Part shown: positions 1 through 8,897 of the stretch, in pieces
Layout of the letters: each line of letters starts with the position of its first letter
Position numbering within the stretch: position 1 is the first letter of the stretch
DNA from: Trueperaceae bacterium
GTDB taxonomy: Bacteria; Deinococcota; Deinococci; Deinococcales; Trueperaceae
NCBI GenBank assembly: GCA_023954415.1
Contig: JAMLIB010000002.1
Location: 190,599 to 254,598 of the forward strand
Direction of reading: 5' to 3'
Length of the DNA: 64,000 nt
Made by a program: the position numbers and the translations under genes
The notes under the pieces: generated by a model
Told to the model about the DNA's origin: nothing
The model's database searches: none
Seen by the model: only the letters and a program-made list of their open reading frames with translations

Positions 1-364
1 CGACCACGACGAGGAAGCAGAGCGACAGGAGCGCGCCCATGCCGAACGGCGTCTTGGTGGTCAGCAACCACGCCGTCCCGACGAGGAAGGCGCCGGTGCC
101 GGCGAACGTGAGGACGTTGCCACGCCTGAGCGTGGGGAGCGGCGCGAGGGCGGCAGCGGCCGCCACGAGCGCGAGGACCGGCAGGAGCCAGAGCCAGGGC
201 GCATCTAGGTTCCACGGCCTCAAGGCCGGGTCGATCGTCAGGAACGGTCTGCCCGGTCGGCCGAACGGCAGGAGGAGGAACGCCGCGGCGGCCGCCAGTG
301 CGTAGACGGCAGCCGAGCCGCCGCGTCCCTTGGTACGCGCATGTGAGATGGAACGGACGGACAC
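1..364 (-). CDS. Membrane protein, N-terminal part only (gene runs off the left edge); possibly the permease partner of the upstream solute-binding protein
   Basis: Own reverse-strand translation from GTG at 364-362 (GGTGAGG just upstream): MSVRSISHARTKGRGGSAAVYALAAAAAFLLLPFG...LLPVLALVAAAAALAP...FLVGTAWLL. The frame stays open to position 1 and contains several hydrophobic helices. It is absent from the ORF track because no stop lies in the window. Confidence 0.45.
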   Translation of the reverse strand, partial: MSVRSISHARTKGRGGSAAVYALAAAAAFLLLPFGRPGRPFLTIDPALRPWNLDAPWLWLLPVLALVAAAAALAPLPTLRRGNVLTFAGTGAFLVGTAWLLTTKTPFGMGALLSLCFLVVV

Positions 365-492
365 GACCTCACCCCTAAGTTGGGCCCGAGCGGGTGGTCT
401 GCGGCCGCCGGCCACCCGCTCGCGGTCCCCTAGCGAACCGGCGCCGCACCCGCGAAGCAGGTGCGGCGCCGTCTCCCGTCACGAGAGCGCGA

Positions 493-1500
493 TCAGCGCG
501 GCTGCGGGAAGATCTCGTTCGTCCAGCGGCTGACCAGACGGTCGCGCTCGGCCGGGTCGCCGTACTTGGCGAAGTCGTAGTCGATGAGCTTGATGGTATC
601 GAGGTCGGGGGCCGCGGCAGGCACGGGGGTCTTGCTGTTCGACTGCACCTGGTAGGAGCCGACCGTGGCCGCCACCATCTGGGCCTCGGGCGAGAGGGCC
701 CACTCGATGAACTGGATGGCCGCGTCGCGCTCAGGCGCACCCTTGACGAGGCTCAGGCCGCCGATCTCGAAGCCCGTGCCCTCGCAGGGGGCGATGACGG
801 TGAGCGGGAAGCCCTCCTCGGCGAACTTGACGCCGTCGTGCATGAACTGGATGGCGATGGCGACGTCGCCGCGGCCGGCGAGCTGCCCGGGGGCGGCGCC
901 GGAGCGCGTGTACTGCTGCACGTTCTGGTGCAGCGCGGCGAGGTACTCGAAGGCCGCGTCCTCGCCCATGATCTGCACGAGCGTGGCGATGGCCGTGTAG
1001 GCCGTGCCGGAGGCGTTCGGGTCCGGCATCGCGATGAGGTTCTTGAGGGCGGGGTCGGTCATGTCGGCCCAGCACTGCGGGGTCTCGACGCCGTGCTCGG
1101 CGAGGATGCCCTCGTTGATCACGAAGCCGAGGGCGCCCGTGTAGAGCGGGATGTACGTCTCGCCCACGGAATTGGTGAGGCTGGGGAGCAGGTCGTCCCA
1201 CGAGGACGGCTTGTAGAACTCGGTGAGGCCCTCGTTGAAGGCGGCGAGGTGCGGATCGCCGGTGCCGCCGAACCAGACGTCGAACACCGGGTTGGCGGCT
1301 TCGGCGCGCAAGCGCGCGAGCGCCTCGCTCGACCCGAGGCGGATGAACTCGAGGTCGAGGCCGGTGGCCGCCTTGAAGGCCGGACCGAGCGCCTCACACC
1401 AGGCCAGGTCGGGGCTGCACAACACGTTGACGCGTTGGGCGTTACCGAGACCGGCGAAGAGCAGCAGCGACAGAGCCACGCCTAGGAACAGTCGTCTCAC
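493..1500 (-). CDS. ABC transporter periplasmic solute-binding protein (family-1 SBP, Fe3+/AfuA-like)
   Basis: 335 aa ORF with signal peptide MRRLFLGVALSLLLFAGLGNAQ and GGAGG about 7 nt upstream of the ATG. SBP-like sequence runs throughout (VWFGGTGDPH, NASGTAYT). Confidence 0.8.
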   Translation of the reverse strand: MRRLFLGVALSLLLFAGLGNAQRVNVLCSPDLAWCEALGPAFKAATGLDLEFIRLGSSEALARLRAEAANPVFDVWFGGTGDPHLAAFNEGLTEFYKPSSWDDLLPSLTNSVGETYIPLYTGALGFVINEGILAEHGVETPQCWADMTDPALKNLIAMPDPNASGTAYTAIATLVQIMGEDAAFEYLAALHQNVQQYTRSGAAPGQLAGRGDVAIAIQFMHDGVKFAEEGFPLTVIAPCEGTGFEIGGLSLVKGAPERDAAIQFIEWALSPEAQMVAATVGSYQVQSNSKTPVPAAAPDLDTIKLIDYDFAKYGDPAERDRLVSRWTNEIFPQPR

Positions 1501-1695
1501 GAACTACCTCCACGTTGGGCCACGCCCAAGTACACCCAAGGGGATGGGTACGAGCCGGCAACTCCCGGCCCCGTTGAATCTCGAGTGTCCCGGGGATGAT
1601 AGCGCCTTGGCGGTTCGGGTGTCAAAACGCGCCGGCGCCTCCGCACGTCTGGCGCGTTCACGTCCACACCGTGGCATGTGGGTCCGTTGGACTGG

Positions 1696-2592
1696 TCACC
1701 TACGCTCGAAACGCAGCTGGGTCGCCTCCGCCCCCACTCCCTCGGTGTAGACGGCGGTGTTGGGGCCAAGGAAGTCGATCCTGCCGAACTCGGTCGGTTC
1801 GTACTGGTTCGGTTGGCAGTTGCCGCGCGCGCATACCTGGGGAGACGCGCCGGTGACCTGCTTGGTCAAGGAGCCGTCCGGGGCGAACGAGTAAGTGCCC
1901 GTGTAGAAGAGCATGAGTTGGCCGTCCAGGTACGCCTCGTCCCGGTACGTGCCGTCGGCGTTGAACGTAGTGACAGCGATTATCTGGAGGCCCTGCTGGT
2001 CGATCACCCCTTGCCAGGTGCCCACGATCGACGGCGCGCCCGTGACGCCCGTCTGCATCGGAGCCCCGCCCTGGGCAGGCGGGAACCCCTGCGTCGGCGG
2101 CGTGTTCTGGGCAGGCGGGAAGAGCGGCGCCGCCTGGGTCGGGGGCGCTTGGGTCGGGGCCCCGGCCGGCGCGCCCTGTGGCGCCGCCGGGAAGGGAGAA
2201 GCGGCCGTCTGGGCCTCGCGCACCGCCATGTAGTACTCGTAGCTGCCGGCAACGGGCTGGCCCGCGCCGTCGAGCTGGAACAGCGTCACCGCGAGGCCTA
2301 CCCCATCGGGCTGAAGCTGAGCGGTGAAGCCGATGTTCATCCCGCCGGCTACGAAGGCGCCCCTGGCGCTCCGCCCGTCGAACTGCGGATCGGGCCGGAT
2401 GGTCAGTTGGAGCGGTCCGTCCTGACCGACGATCACCCCGTTCACGCCGCCGCCGGGGGCGTCTTGGAACACGAACAGGAACCCGATGGTGGGCTCCGCG
2501 AAGGTCCCGGTCAGCGGGGACTGAGAGAACGCCGCCCCTGCAAGGAGCAGCAACGTGAGCACGAACCAACGGCCACAGCGCCTGATGATCAT
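1696..2592 (-). CDS. Secreted hypothetical protein: two globular halves joined by a Pro/Gln/Ala-rich linker
   Basis: 298 aa ORF with signal peptide MIIRRCGRWFVLTLLLLAGAAFSQ and GGAGG 8 nt upstream. Low-complexity linker APQGAPAGAPTQAPPTQAAPLFPPAQNTPPTQGFPPAQGGAP. No recognisable catalytic motif. Confidence 0.6.
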   Translation of the reverse strand: MIIRRCGRWFVLTLLLLAGAAFSQSPLTGTFAEPTIGFLFVFQDAPGGGVNGVIVGQDGPLQLTIRPDPQFDGRSARGAFVAGGMNIGFTAQLQPDGVGLAVTLFQLDGAGQPVAGSYEYYMAVREAQTAASPFPAAPQGAPAGAPTQAPPTQAAPLFPPAQNTPPTQGFPPAQGGAPMQTGVTGAPSIVGTWQGVIDQQGLQIIAVTTFNADGTYRDEAYLDGQLMLFYTGTYSFAPDGSLTKQVTGASPQVCARGNCQPNQYEPTEFGRIDFLGPNTAVYTEGVGAEATQLRFERR

Positions 2593-2753
2593 CGCAACGC
2601 CTCCGGGAGCGAGCCTAGGACGCGCCCGGTTTAAAGAGGCTTAAGGCCGTCCGCGCCCCAACCAGACGTGATGTTTCACCCCATCCGCCGCGACACGGAG
2701 CCTCTAGCATTGCGTTCGTGATGTTCGACCCAGTCGCATGTGGAGGTAAGTCC

Positions 2754-3263
2754 ATGGACCAAGCCATCCGGCCCCATCGCCCCGCTCTCCGCGTACCGGC
2801 CCTCGTTTGCCTCGGCGCCGTCCTGCTGCTCGCCGCGTGCACCAAGCCCGCGCCGACCCCACCACCGCCAGAGTTGACCCTCGAGGAAGCCGGCGCCTGG
2901 TGGGAGACCACTCCGGCCGTGACCCTGAGCGAGTACTCCAGCCTGCGCATGCAGATGACCTTCAAGAACACGAGCGGCGTGACCCTGAGGTTCCTCGGTA
3001 GTGCCAACGCCGACGGCCCCGCGGGCGAGCTGCAGTTCTGGACCACCCCGGGCATCGCCGAGCCGACCGCCACCTTCGCCGCGTTCCCGGAGGGCGACTA
3101 CGCGCCGGACGCGACCTTCGCGTGGGATGTCACCATCGACCTGACCGGACTGGCGGACACGGAGGAGGGCTTCGGGCTCCGACCGCTGGAGGCGAACCTC
3201 ATCGGCACGGTCTTCCCCGGTCAGGCGGAAGTCGTCGACGCGACCGGAACGTTGGCCAAGTAG
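2754..3263 (+). CDS. Putative lipoprotein, unknown function
   Basis: ORF track frame 2718..3263. I prefer the ATG at 2754 because GGAGG lies 7 nt upstream. Signal plus lipobox ...LVCLGAVLLLAAC, followed by TKPAPTPPPPE. Confidence 0.6.
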   Translation: MDQAIRPHRPALRVPALVCLGAVLLLAACTKPAPTPPPPELTLEEAGAWWETTPAVTLSEYSSLRMQMTFKNTSGVTLRFLGSANADGPAGELQFWTTPGIAEPTATFAAFPEGDYAPDATFAWDVTIDLTGLADTEEGFGLRPLEANLIGTVFPGQAEVVDATGTLAK

Positions 3264-3317
3264 CGCCGCCACGGGCGGCGCGGCGTGCCGGCCCTGATCG
3301 CCGCCCGCCCGTCTCGC

Positions 3318-3671
3318 CTAGCTGGCTGCCCGCCCCGCCTTCATACGCTCGGACTTGCCCAGCTCCACCTCGCTCTCCAGGCCGTCCATGGCGGCTTCCC
3401 AGAACGAGCGGTAGCGGGCGGCCCAGGCGCCGACGGTCCGTAGGGGTCGCGGGTCCAGGACGTAGATCCGGCGCCTGCCCTCGGCGCGTACGGTGGCGAA
3501 CCCCTGCTCCCTGAGGACATGCAGCTGCTGCGACACCGCCGACTGGGTGATCCCGAACTCGCCGCCCACCAGCTCGACCAGCTCTCCCGCGGCGCGCTCG
3601 CCGTCGGCGAGCACCTCGACCAGACGGCGGCGCACAGGGTCGCCCAGGACCGCGAAAGGGTGCATGTCCAT
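3318..3671 (-). CDS. ArsR/SmtB family transcriptional regulator
   Basis: 117 aa: FAVLGDPVRRRLVEVLADGERAAGELV...GITQSAVSQQLHVLREQGF is a typical ArsR winged HTH. It directly abuts the upstream SRPBCC gene (stop at 3672). Confidence 0.9.
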   Translation of the reverse strand: MDMHPFAVLGDPVRRRLVEVLADGERAAGELVELVGGEFGITQSAVSQQLHVLREQGFATVRAEGRRRIYVLDPRPLRTVGAWAARYRSFWEAAMDGLESEVELGKSERMKAGRAAS

Positions 3672-4349
3672 CTACTCCCCCGCCGTCGGCTCGCCTTCCG
3701 AGGCGCCCATGCCGGGGCCCTCGCCCGTGTAGAACTTCCTCGTCGTCTCGGCCCTGGCACGCGCTTGGTCTACCGGGGTGCCGGCCGCGGCGTCGGCCTC
3801 GCCCCATGCGACGGCCGCCGCCCCGTAGAACGCCTTCCCTTCCGCCGACATCGGCCACTCCGGGTCGGCCTCCGGCGGCTTCGCCGCGCCCGTGTCCGCG
3901 AGGTGGAAGGCCAGGCCGAGGAAGCCGCCGTCCCAGCCGACGCCGACGGCGCCCGGGCCGTACACGTCGCTGAAGCCCGGCATGAGCGGCGCCTCGTGCT
4001 CCAGCTCCAGCCGCGTGCCGTCGACCTGCGGGACGAGCCGCAACGTCAGCCAGCTGACCCCGCCGCCGAACTCCCACGTGGCCTTGATGAGTTCCGGCTC
4101 GACGCACTCCTGGATGGTGCCGCCGGCGTTCCCCTCGAACTGGTAGCGGCCGCCGAGGCGCAGGTCGCCGCTGACGGGCAGGAACCAGCGCGACAGGCGC
4201 TCCGGCGTCGTGAGGGCGCGCCAGAGGTCGAGGGCGTCCGTGGCGTAGGTGCGTCCGGCTACGACGACGGCCGTCTCCATGCCGTCGCGCATGCCGCTTG
4301 AGACGCGGCGGTCCATGTGCGAGAGATGCTCTTCGAACCGGAAAGCCAT
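3672..4349 (-). CDS. SRPBCC / AHSA1 (activator of Hsp90 ATPase homologue 1-like) domain protein
   Basis: 225 aa containing ...LWRALTTPERLSRWFLPVSGDLRLGGRYQFEGNAGGTIQECVEPELIKATWEFGG.... AGGAG RBS upstream. The ArsR-plus-SRPBCC pairing is common. Confidence 0.8.
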   Translation of the reverse strand: MAFRFEEHLSHMDRRVSSGMRDGMETAVVVAGRTYATDALDLWRALTTPERLSRWFLPVSGDLRLGGRYQFEGNAGGTIQECVEPELIKATWEFGGGVSWLTLRLVPQVDGTRLELEHEAPLMPGFSDVYGPGAVGVGWDGGFLGLAFHLADTGAAKPPEADPEWPMSAEGKAFYGAAAVAWGEADAAAGTPVDQARARAETTRKFYTGEGPGMGASEGEPTAGE

Positions 4350-4466
4350 GCTTAGCTCCTTCGCTTGCGGCCGCGGGAGCGCCGTTGGAACATCGCCCGG
4401 CGGCGCGAGCTCGAGCCGTGAGGCCCGCTGGGCAGGGTCGGCGCCCCGACAGCGACCGCTAGTAGA

Positions 4467-4492
4467 ATCATATTAGCAGTCACTAATATGAT
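4467..4492. promoter_or_regulatory. Perfect 10-6-10 inverted repeat, candidate ArsR operator
   Basis: ATCATATTAG cagtca CTAATATGAT, read directly. It is AT-rich in a ~70% GC background and lies about 120 bp upstream of the SRPBCC-arsR operon start (4349). Confidence 0.4.
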
Positions 4493-4583
4493 GCAAGTCT
4501 ATGCGGCTCCTGCGTCGATCGGAGCAACCAAGGGTTCGGCTCCGGACCACGCGAACCGCCTCCCTCCCGCCGCCGACCCGCCC

Positions 4584-5564
4584 TCAGCCTCCGATGGCCA
4601 CCATGGTGCGGTCCCGCACGACGGGCGTCTTGATCCCCGAGGCCACCTTGTTGCGCGCCGCGAGAACGAACGCCTCGCGGATGGCGGCAACGGGGTCGGC
4701 TGCCCGAAGCGCGTGCCTCACGTCGAGCTCCCAATCGTGCATCAGGCATGGCCGCAAGCGTCCGTCGCTCGTCAACCGCATCCGACTACAGCCCGCGCAG
4801 AACGGCTCCGAGACGGAGTTGATGAAGCCGATGGCGCCGCGCCAGCCGTTCACCCGGTAGAGCCGCGCCGGCGCGCTCGGGTCCACCGGCACGGGTTGGA
4901 GCGGACCTAAGGCGGCCTCCACGCGAAGGCGGGTCTCGGCGCCGCTCACGTACTTGCCCCGGTACTCCTCGGGCGAGGAGTTGTCGAGGTGCATGTACTC
5001 GATGAACCTCACCTGGAAGGGTCTATCCCTGGTCAGCCCGGCCAGTCCTTCGACCTCACCCTCGTTGAGCCCACGGATGACGACAGCGTTCAGCTTCACG
5101 GGTTCCAGGCCGGCGGCGACGAGGGCCTCGATGCCGGCCCACACGGTCTCGATCCGACCTCCGGAGGTGATCAGACGGAACGCCTCGGGGTCCAGCGCGT
5201 CGAGCGAGACGTTGAGGCGGTCCAAACCCGCCTCGACGAGTTCGGGTAGGCGCCTGGCGAGGAGGCTGCCGTTAGTAGTGATGGCCACATCCTCCACTCC
5301 CGCCACCCGTTTGGCGTGGCGGATCATGGCCGGCAGCTCCTTGCGCAGGAGCGGCTCACCCCCCGTGAAGCGCACCGACGTCAGGCCTAGCGACACGGCG
5401 GCCTCGACCACGTTGGCTACGTCCTGCACGCTCACCACGCCGACAGGCTCCTTGTGGCCCGCCCCCAAGGGGTCGCAGTAGGTGCAGCGGTAGTTACAGC
5501 GGGGCGTGACACTGATCCGCAGATCCCTCACGATGCGGCCGTGCTGGTCGATCAAGGTGTGCAT
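4584..5564 (-). CDS. moaA: GTP 3',8-cyclase MoaA (radical SAM)
   Basis: 326 aa with the CNYRCTYC radical SAM motif near the N-terminus, the C-terminal CAGCSRMRLTSDGRLRPCL second-cluster region, and a terminal GG. Confidence 0.95.
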   Translation of the reverse strand: MHTLIDQHGRIVRDLRISVTPRCNYRCTYCDPLGAGHKEPVGVVSVQDVANVVEAAVSLGLTSVRFTGGEPLLRKELPAMIRHAKRVAGVEDVAITTNGSLLARRLPELVEAGLDRLNVSLDALDPEAFRLITSGGRIETVWAGIEALVAAGLEPVKLNAVVIRGLNEGEVEGLAGLTRDRPFQVRFIEYMHLDNSSPEEYRGKYVSGAETRLRVEAALGPLQPVPVDPSAPARLYRVNGWRGAIGFINSVSEPFCAGCSRMRLTSDGRLRPCLMHDWELDVRHALRAADPVAAIREAFVLAARNKVASGIKTPVVRDRTMVAIGG

Positions 5565-5577
5565 GCGGCCCCGCCCT

Positions 5578-6117
5578 TCAGCGCCCGTCGTCCGTGGCGG
5601 TCGGCACGTGACCAGACGCGCCGTCAGGCACGGCGGCTGCGATGGCGGACGGCGACGCTCCGACCGGGCAGCCGGGCAGGCCGTCCGCTCCTACCCACAC
5701 CGCGTCACCTTCTACGAAGCGCTCCCGTTTCCACACGGGTAGGCGCGCCTTGACCTCGTCGATGATGTAGCGGCAAGCGTTGAAGGCGGCGTCGCGGTGG
5801 GCAGCGGCGGCGCCCACCCACACAGCGCAGTCGCCGATGTCAAGATCACCGGCCCGGTGCACGAGCGCCGCACCGGTGATGGCGAAGCGCGCCCGGGCCT
5901 CCGCCAGGATGCGCTCACCCTCCCTGAGCGCGAGCGCGTCATAGACCTCGTAGCTCAGTCCAGCCACGCTCCGCCCATCCGAGTGATCGCGGACGCGCCC
6001 CTCGAAGGCGACGACCGCACCGGAGCGAGGGTCGTCGAGCGCCTGTTCCCAGGCCCGGCCGTCGATGGGTTCGCGCGCGATGGCGACGAGACCGGCAGCC
6101 ATCTCAGCCGCCTGCAA
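5578..6117 (-). CDS. moaE: Molybdopterin synthase catalytic subunit MoaE
   Basis: 179 aa: ...GAVVAFEGRVRDHSDGRSV..LSYEVY...VHRAGDLDIGDCAVWVGAAAAHRDAAFNACRYIIDEVKARLPVWKRE. Confidence 0.9.
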   Translation of the reverse strand: MQAAEMAAGLVAIAREPIDGRAWEQALDDPRSGAVVAFEGRVRDHSDGRSVAGLSYEVYDALALREGERILAEARARFAITGAALVHRAGDLDIGDCAVWVGAAAAHRDAAFNACRYIIDEVKARLPVWKRERFVEGDAVWVGADGLPGCPVGASPSAIAAAVPDGASGHVPTATDDGR

Positions 6118-7012
6118 CGGGCGGGATGAAGCTCACCCGGTCGCCGCCACGCAGCTCGTGTTCCCAGGGGACGAAGTCGTCGTTCACCGCGACACGCAAT
6201 GCCGAGCGCGGCAGCGAGAAACCGTGGCGCACACGCAGCTCCTCGTACAGCTCCGCCGCGGTCGCGGCCGTCGTCTCCAGGGTCTCCCGGGCTTCCCCGC
6301 GCGCCTCGCGCAGCACGGCGAAGTAATCGATGGTCACGCTCTTCGCTTGGGTCATCCGGTCCCCCCGCTCCAGGCTCGCCAGGGCGCGCTCGTACTCGGT
6401 CGGCAGGTTGGCGTTGGTGAGCTCACGCGCGTCCAGGCTGTCGATCAGGGTCGCCCCCGCGTCGATGAGCACCTTCCTAGGGCACCGCCGACCGTCGGCG
6501 GCGGCCTCCTCCAGCCGCTGCAGCGCGCTCGGCTCGTAGACGGCGCAGAGCGGTTCCGGCAGACCGTCCTGTGGGCTGCGGTAGGCGGTCGCCAGGTTCA
6601 CACGGTGGCGCTGCGCCAACAGGTGCTCGAGAGTGGCGTGGCTCACGAAGGGGAGGTCACAGGCGAGCACGAGCCAAGCGGCGCCGGGGTGCAGGCGCAT
6701 GGCCGAGAGTATGCCTCCAAGCGGGCCGAGGTCCTCGAACGCGTCCACCACGAGCGGCACCCCGGCCACGCCGGGCTCGGCCGCCTGGTCGGGGCGCAGC
6801 GAGAGGAACGCCATCTCGCAGTGCTCGGTGAGCATCTCCCGAAGGTGAAGCGCGTGCGGTTCGCCGTGGTACTCGAGCGCCCACTTGGGTCTGCCCATGC
6901 GCCTGCTCTTGCCGCCGGCGAGCACGAGGCCGTAAAGGGGGACGCCCTCGCTCGGCGAGGCGCCAGCCCGGCGCGCGCGCGCCGGCCGCGCCACCTTCTC
7001 AGGGCCCGACAT
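6104..7012 (-). CDS. mobA: MobA (molybdenum cofactor guanylyltransferase) fused in frame to MoaD (molybdopterin synthase sulfur carrier)
   Basis: 302 aa. The N-terminus carries YGLVLAGGKSRRMG (MobA LAGGxxxRMG motif). The last ~84 aa (from MTQAKSVTIDYFAVLRE) end in ...FIPPVAGG, the MoaD C-terminal Gly-Gly. No stop separates the two parts. It overlaps moaE by 14 nt. Confidence 0.8.
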   Translation of the reverse strand: MSGPEKVARPARARRAGASPSEGVPLYGLVLAGGKSRRMGRPKWALEYHGEPHALHLREMLTEHCEMAFLSLRPDQAAEPGVAGVPLVVDAFEDLGPLGGILSAMRLHPGAAWLVLACDLPFVSHATLEHLLAQRHRVNLATAYRSPQDGLPEPLCAVYEPSALQRLEEAAADGRRCPRKVLIDAGATLIDSLDARELTNANLPTEYERALASLERGDRMTQAKSVTIDYFAVLREARGEARETLETTAATAAELYEELRVRHGFSLPRSALRVAVNDDFVPWEHELRGGDRVSFIPPVAGG

Positions 7013-7502
7013 CGCGCTTCCCCCCCTGCTTGGCCATGAGCCTGACCTCCTCGATCACGATGTCGTGGGACAACGCCTTGCACATGTCGTAGACGGTCAG
7101 AGCCGCCACGGTGGCGCCAGTCAACGCCTCCATCTCCACGCCGGTCCGAGCGTGCAGGGCCACGGTGCAGTCAACCCTCACCTTGCCGTCGTGGTCGAAG
7201 TCAACATCCACCCGGCAGTCCTCGATGGCCAGGGGATGGCACAGGGGTATCAGCTCGCTCGTCCGCTTGGCGGCCATGACCCCCGCGAGGCTGGCCGTTC
7301 GGAACACGGGGCCTTTGGGGCCGCCGCTGCCGTCAGCGCCGATGGCACGGCGTACCTCCTCCGGCAGCCGCACTAGCGCGCGTGCCGTGGCCGTGCGCCG
7401 CGTTACGAGCTTCTCCCCGACGTCGACCATGCGGGGCAGCCCCGCCTCGTCCAGGTGGGTGAGCATGCTCGGCCTCCAGCCGTCAGGCGGGCGGGGCGGC
7501 AC
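6999..7502 (-). CDS. moaC: Cyclic pyranopterin monophosphate synthase MoaC
   Basis: 167 aa: LTHLDEAGLPRMVDVGEK..., ...AGVMAAKRTSELIPLCHPL..., ...GVEMEALTGATVAALTVYDMCKA. Confidence 0.95.
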   Translation of the reverse strand: MPPRPPDGWRPSMLTHLDEAGLPRMVDVGEKLVTRRTATARALVRLPEEVRRAIGADGSGGPKGPVFRTASLAGVMAAKRTSELIPLCHPLAIEDCRVDVDFDHDGKVRVDCTVALHARTGVEMEALTGATVAALTVYDMCKALSHDIVIEEVRLMAKQGGKRDVGP

Positions 7503-7647
7503 CCCGCGTGGGCTCGACCGCCATTTCGTGCCTGGGAAGATAGCACACGCGCCGTGATGACAGTCGGAACGGGCGCCCGACCGGTGCTAGCATGACGCCT
7601 ACCCAGCACGACGAGGGGCCTGGCGCCCCGCCCAGAAGGGCAGCAGG

Positions 7648-8766
7648 ATGCTCACTGGCACGCAACGCAGCCGCTACGACCGCCACCTCCGCCTGGCGGG
7701 GTTCGGCGCCGCCGCCCAGGAGCGCCTGCTCGCCTCTGCCGTCCTAGTGGTGGGCGCCGGCGGGCTCGGCTCACCTGCGCTCCTCTACCTGGCCGCGGCG
7801 GGTGTCGGACGCATCGGCATCGTGGACGACGACGTCGTGGACCGCAGCAACCTGCAGCGCCAGGTGATCCACCACGACGCCGACGTAGGCCGGCCCAAGG
7901 TCGCGTCGGCGGCGCGTTCCGTCCGCGACATCAACCCCGAGGTCGTCGCGGAGACGCATGAGCTGCGCCTCGGCCCGGACAACGCGCTCGACCTGATCCG
8001 CGGTTACGACCTCGTGCTGGACGGCACCGACAACTTCACGACCCGCTACCTCGTCAACGATGCGGCCTACTTCGCGCGCGTGCCGGTGGTGCACGGCTCC
8101 ATCCACCGTTTCGAGGGACAGGCGACGGTCTTCGCCCCGCCTGCAGGCCCCTGCTACCGGTGTCTCTTCCCCGAGCCCCCACCCCCCGGCGGCGTGCCCG
8201 CCTGTTCCGCAGCCGGCGTTCTCGGGGTGCTGCCCGGCATGATCGGCATGGTCCAGGCCACGGAGGCCGTGAAGCTGCTCACGGGCGTGGGCGAGCCCCT
8301 GATCGGGCGGCTCCTGCGCTACGACGCGGCGAGCATGCGTTGGGGCGAGTTGCGCCTCGCTCGCGACCCCGCCTGTGCCCTATGCGGCGCCGAACCGAGC
8401 ATCCGGACGCTCGCAGAGTCGGCCGCGACCTGCGAGGTGAAGGGGATCGCCAGCTTGTCGGTCGACGATTACGCGCGCCTGCGCGAGCGCGGCGAGCAAC
8501 ACCTGCTGCTCGACGTGCGCTCGCGTGCCGAGGCGGCGGCTGGGGGCATCGCGGGGCACGTCAACATCCCGTTGGCGGAGCTCCCGGCGCGACTCGGCGA
8601 GCTGGAGGCGTGGCGCGGACGACTCATCGTGTGTCAGTGCCGGGTCGGGGAAGCCAGTCTGGCGGCGGCGGAGCTCCTACGCACGGCGGGGTTCCTCGAG
8701 CTGGCCAACCTCGAGGGCGGCTACCTCGCGTGGCGCGCCCGGGTGACGTCGAAGCGCAACCCCTGA
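7648..8766 (+). CDS. moeZ: MoeB/ThiF-type adenylyltransferase with C-terminal rhodanese domain (MoeZ-type)
   Basis: 372 aa: RYDRHLRL..., GAGGLGSP nucleotide loop, CYRC...C Zn-type cysteines, and a C-terminal rhodanese segment with CQCRVGEAS. Confidence 0.9.
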   Translation: MLTGTQRSRYDRHLRLAGFGAAAQERLLASAVLVVGAGGLGSPALLYLAAAGVGRIGIVDDDVVDRSNLQRQVIHHDADVGRPKVASAARSVRDINPEVVAETHELRLGPDNALDLIRGYDLVLDGTDNFTTRYLVNDAAYFARVPVVHGSIHRFEGQATVFAPPAGPCYRCLFPEPPPPGGVPACSAAGVLGVLPGMIGMVQATEAVKLLTGVGEPLIGRLLRYDAASMRWGELRLARDPACALCGAEPSIRTLAESAATCEVKGIASLSVDDYARLRERGEQHLLLDVRSRAEAAAGGIAGHVNIPLAELPARLGELEAWRGRLIVCQCRVGEASLAAAELLRTAGFLELANLEGGYLAWRARVTSKRNP

Positions 8767-8856
8767 GTCGCGCGGGCAAGGCCACGCCGCCGATGAACTA
8801 GCCTCGCGCCCAGTCGCCGACCCCCTCGACCGAACCCTGACGGACGCGGCCGAAAA

Positions 8857-8890
8857 GTGGAAGCCGGGTGGAAGCGGCCCCTCCTAGAGT
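8857..8890 (+). promoter_or_regulatory. Candidate nar operon promoter: two GTGGAAGC direct repeats at 11-bp phasing plus a TAGAGT -10-like hexamer
   Basis: GTGGAAGC at 8857-8864 and 8868-8875, TAGAGT at 8885-8890, and the ATG of the small ORF at 8898. An inverted copy GTTCCAC lies at 8901-8907. Read directly; function is inferred. Confidence 0.3.
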
Positions 8891-8897
8891 GCCGTGA

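Noticed and set aside
394-1485. A 363-aa plus-strand ORF, plus similar long antisense ORFs (8959..9993, 10335..11792, 12054..12944, 12960..14306, 39743..41317, 43581..44600, 45622..46770, 50135..51325 and others)
   Set aside because: All lie antisense to, or out of frame with, genes that have strong family motifs (SBP, NarG, NarH, FadJ, thiolase, M24 peptidase, kinase). They are rich in Arg/Gly/Ala/Pro/His, as expected for GC-rich non-coding frames.
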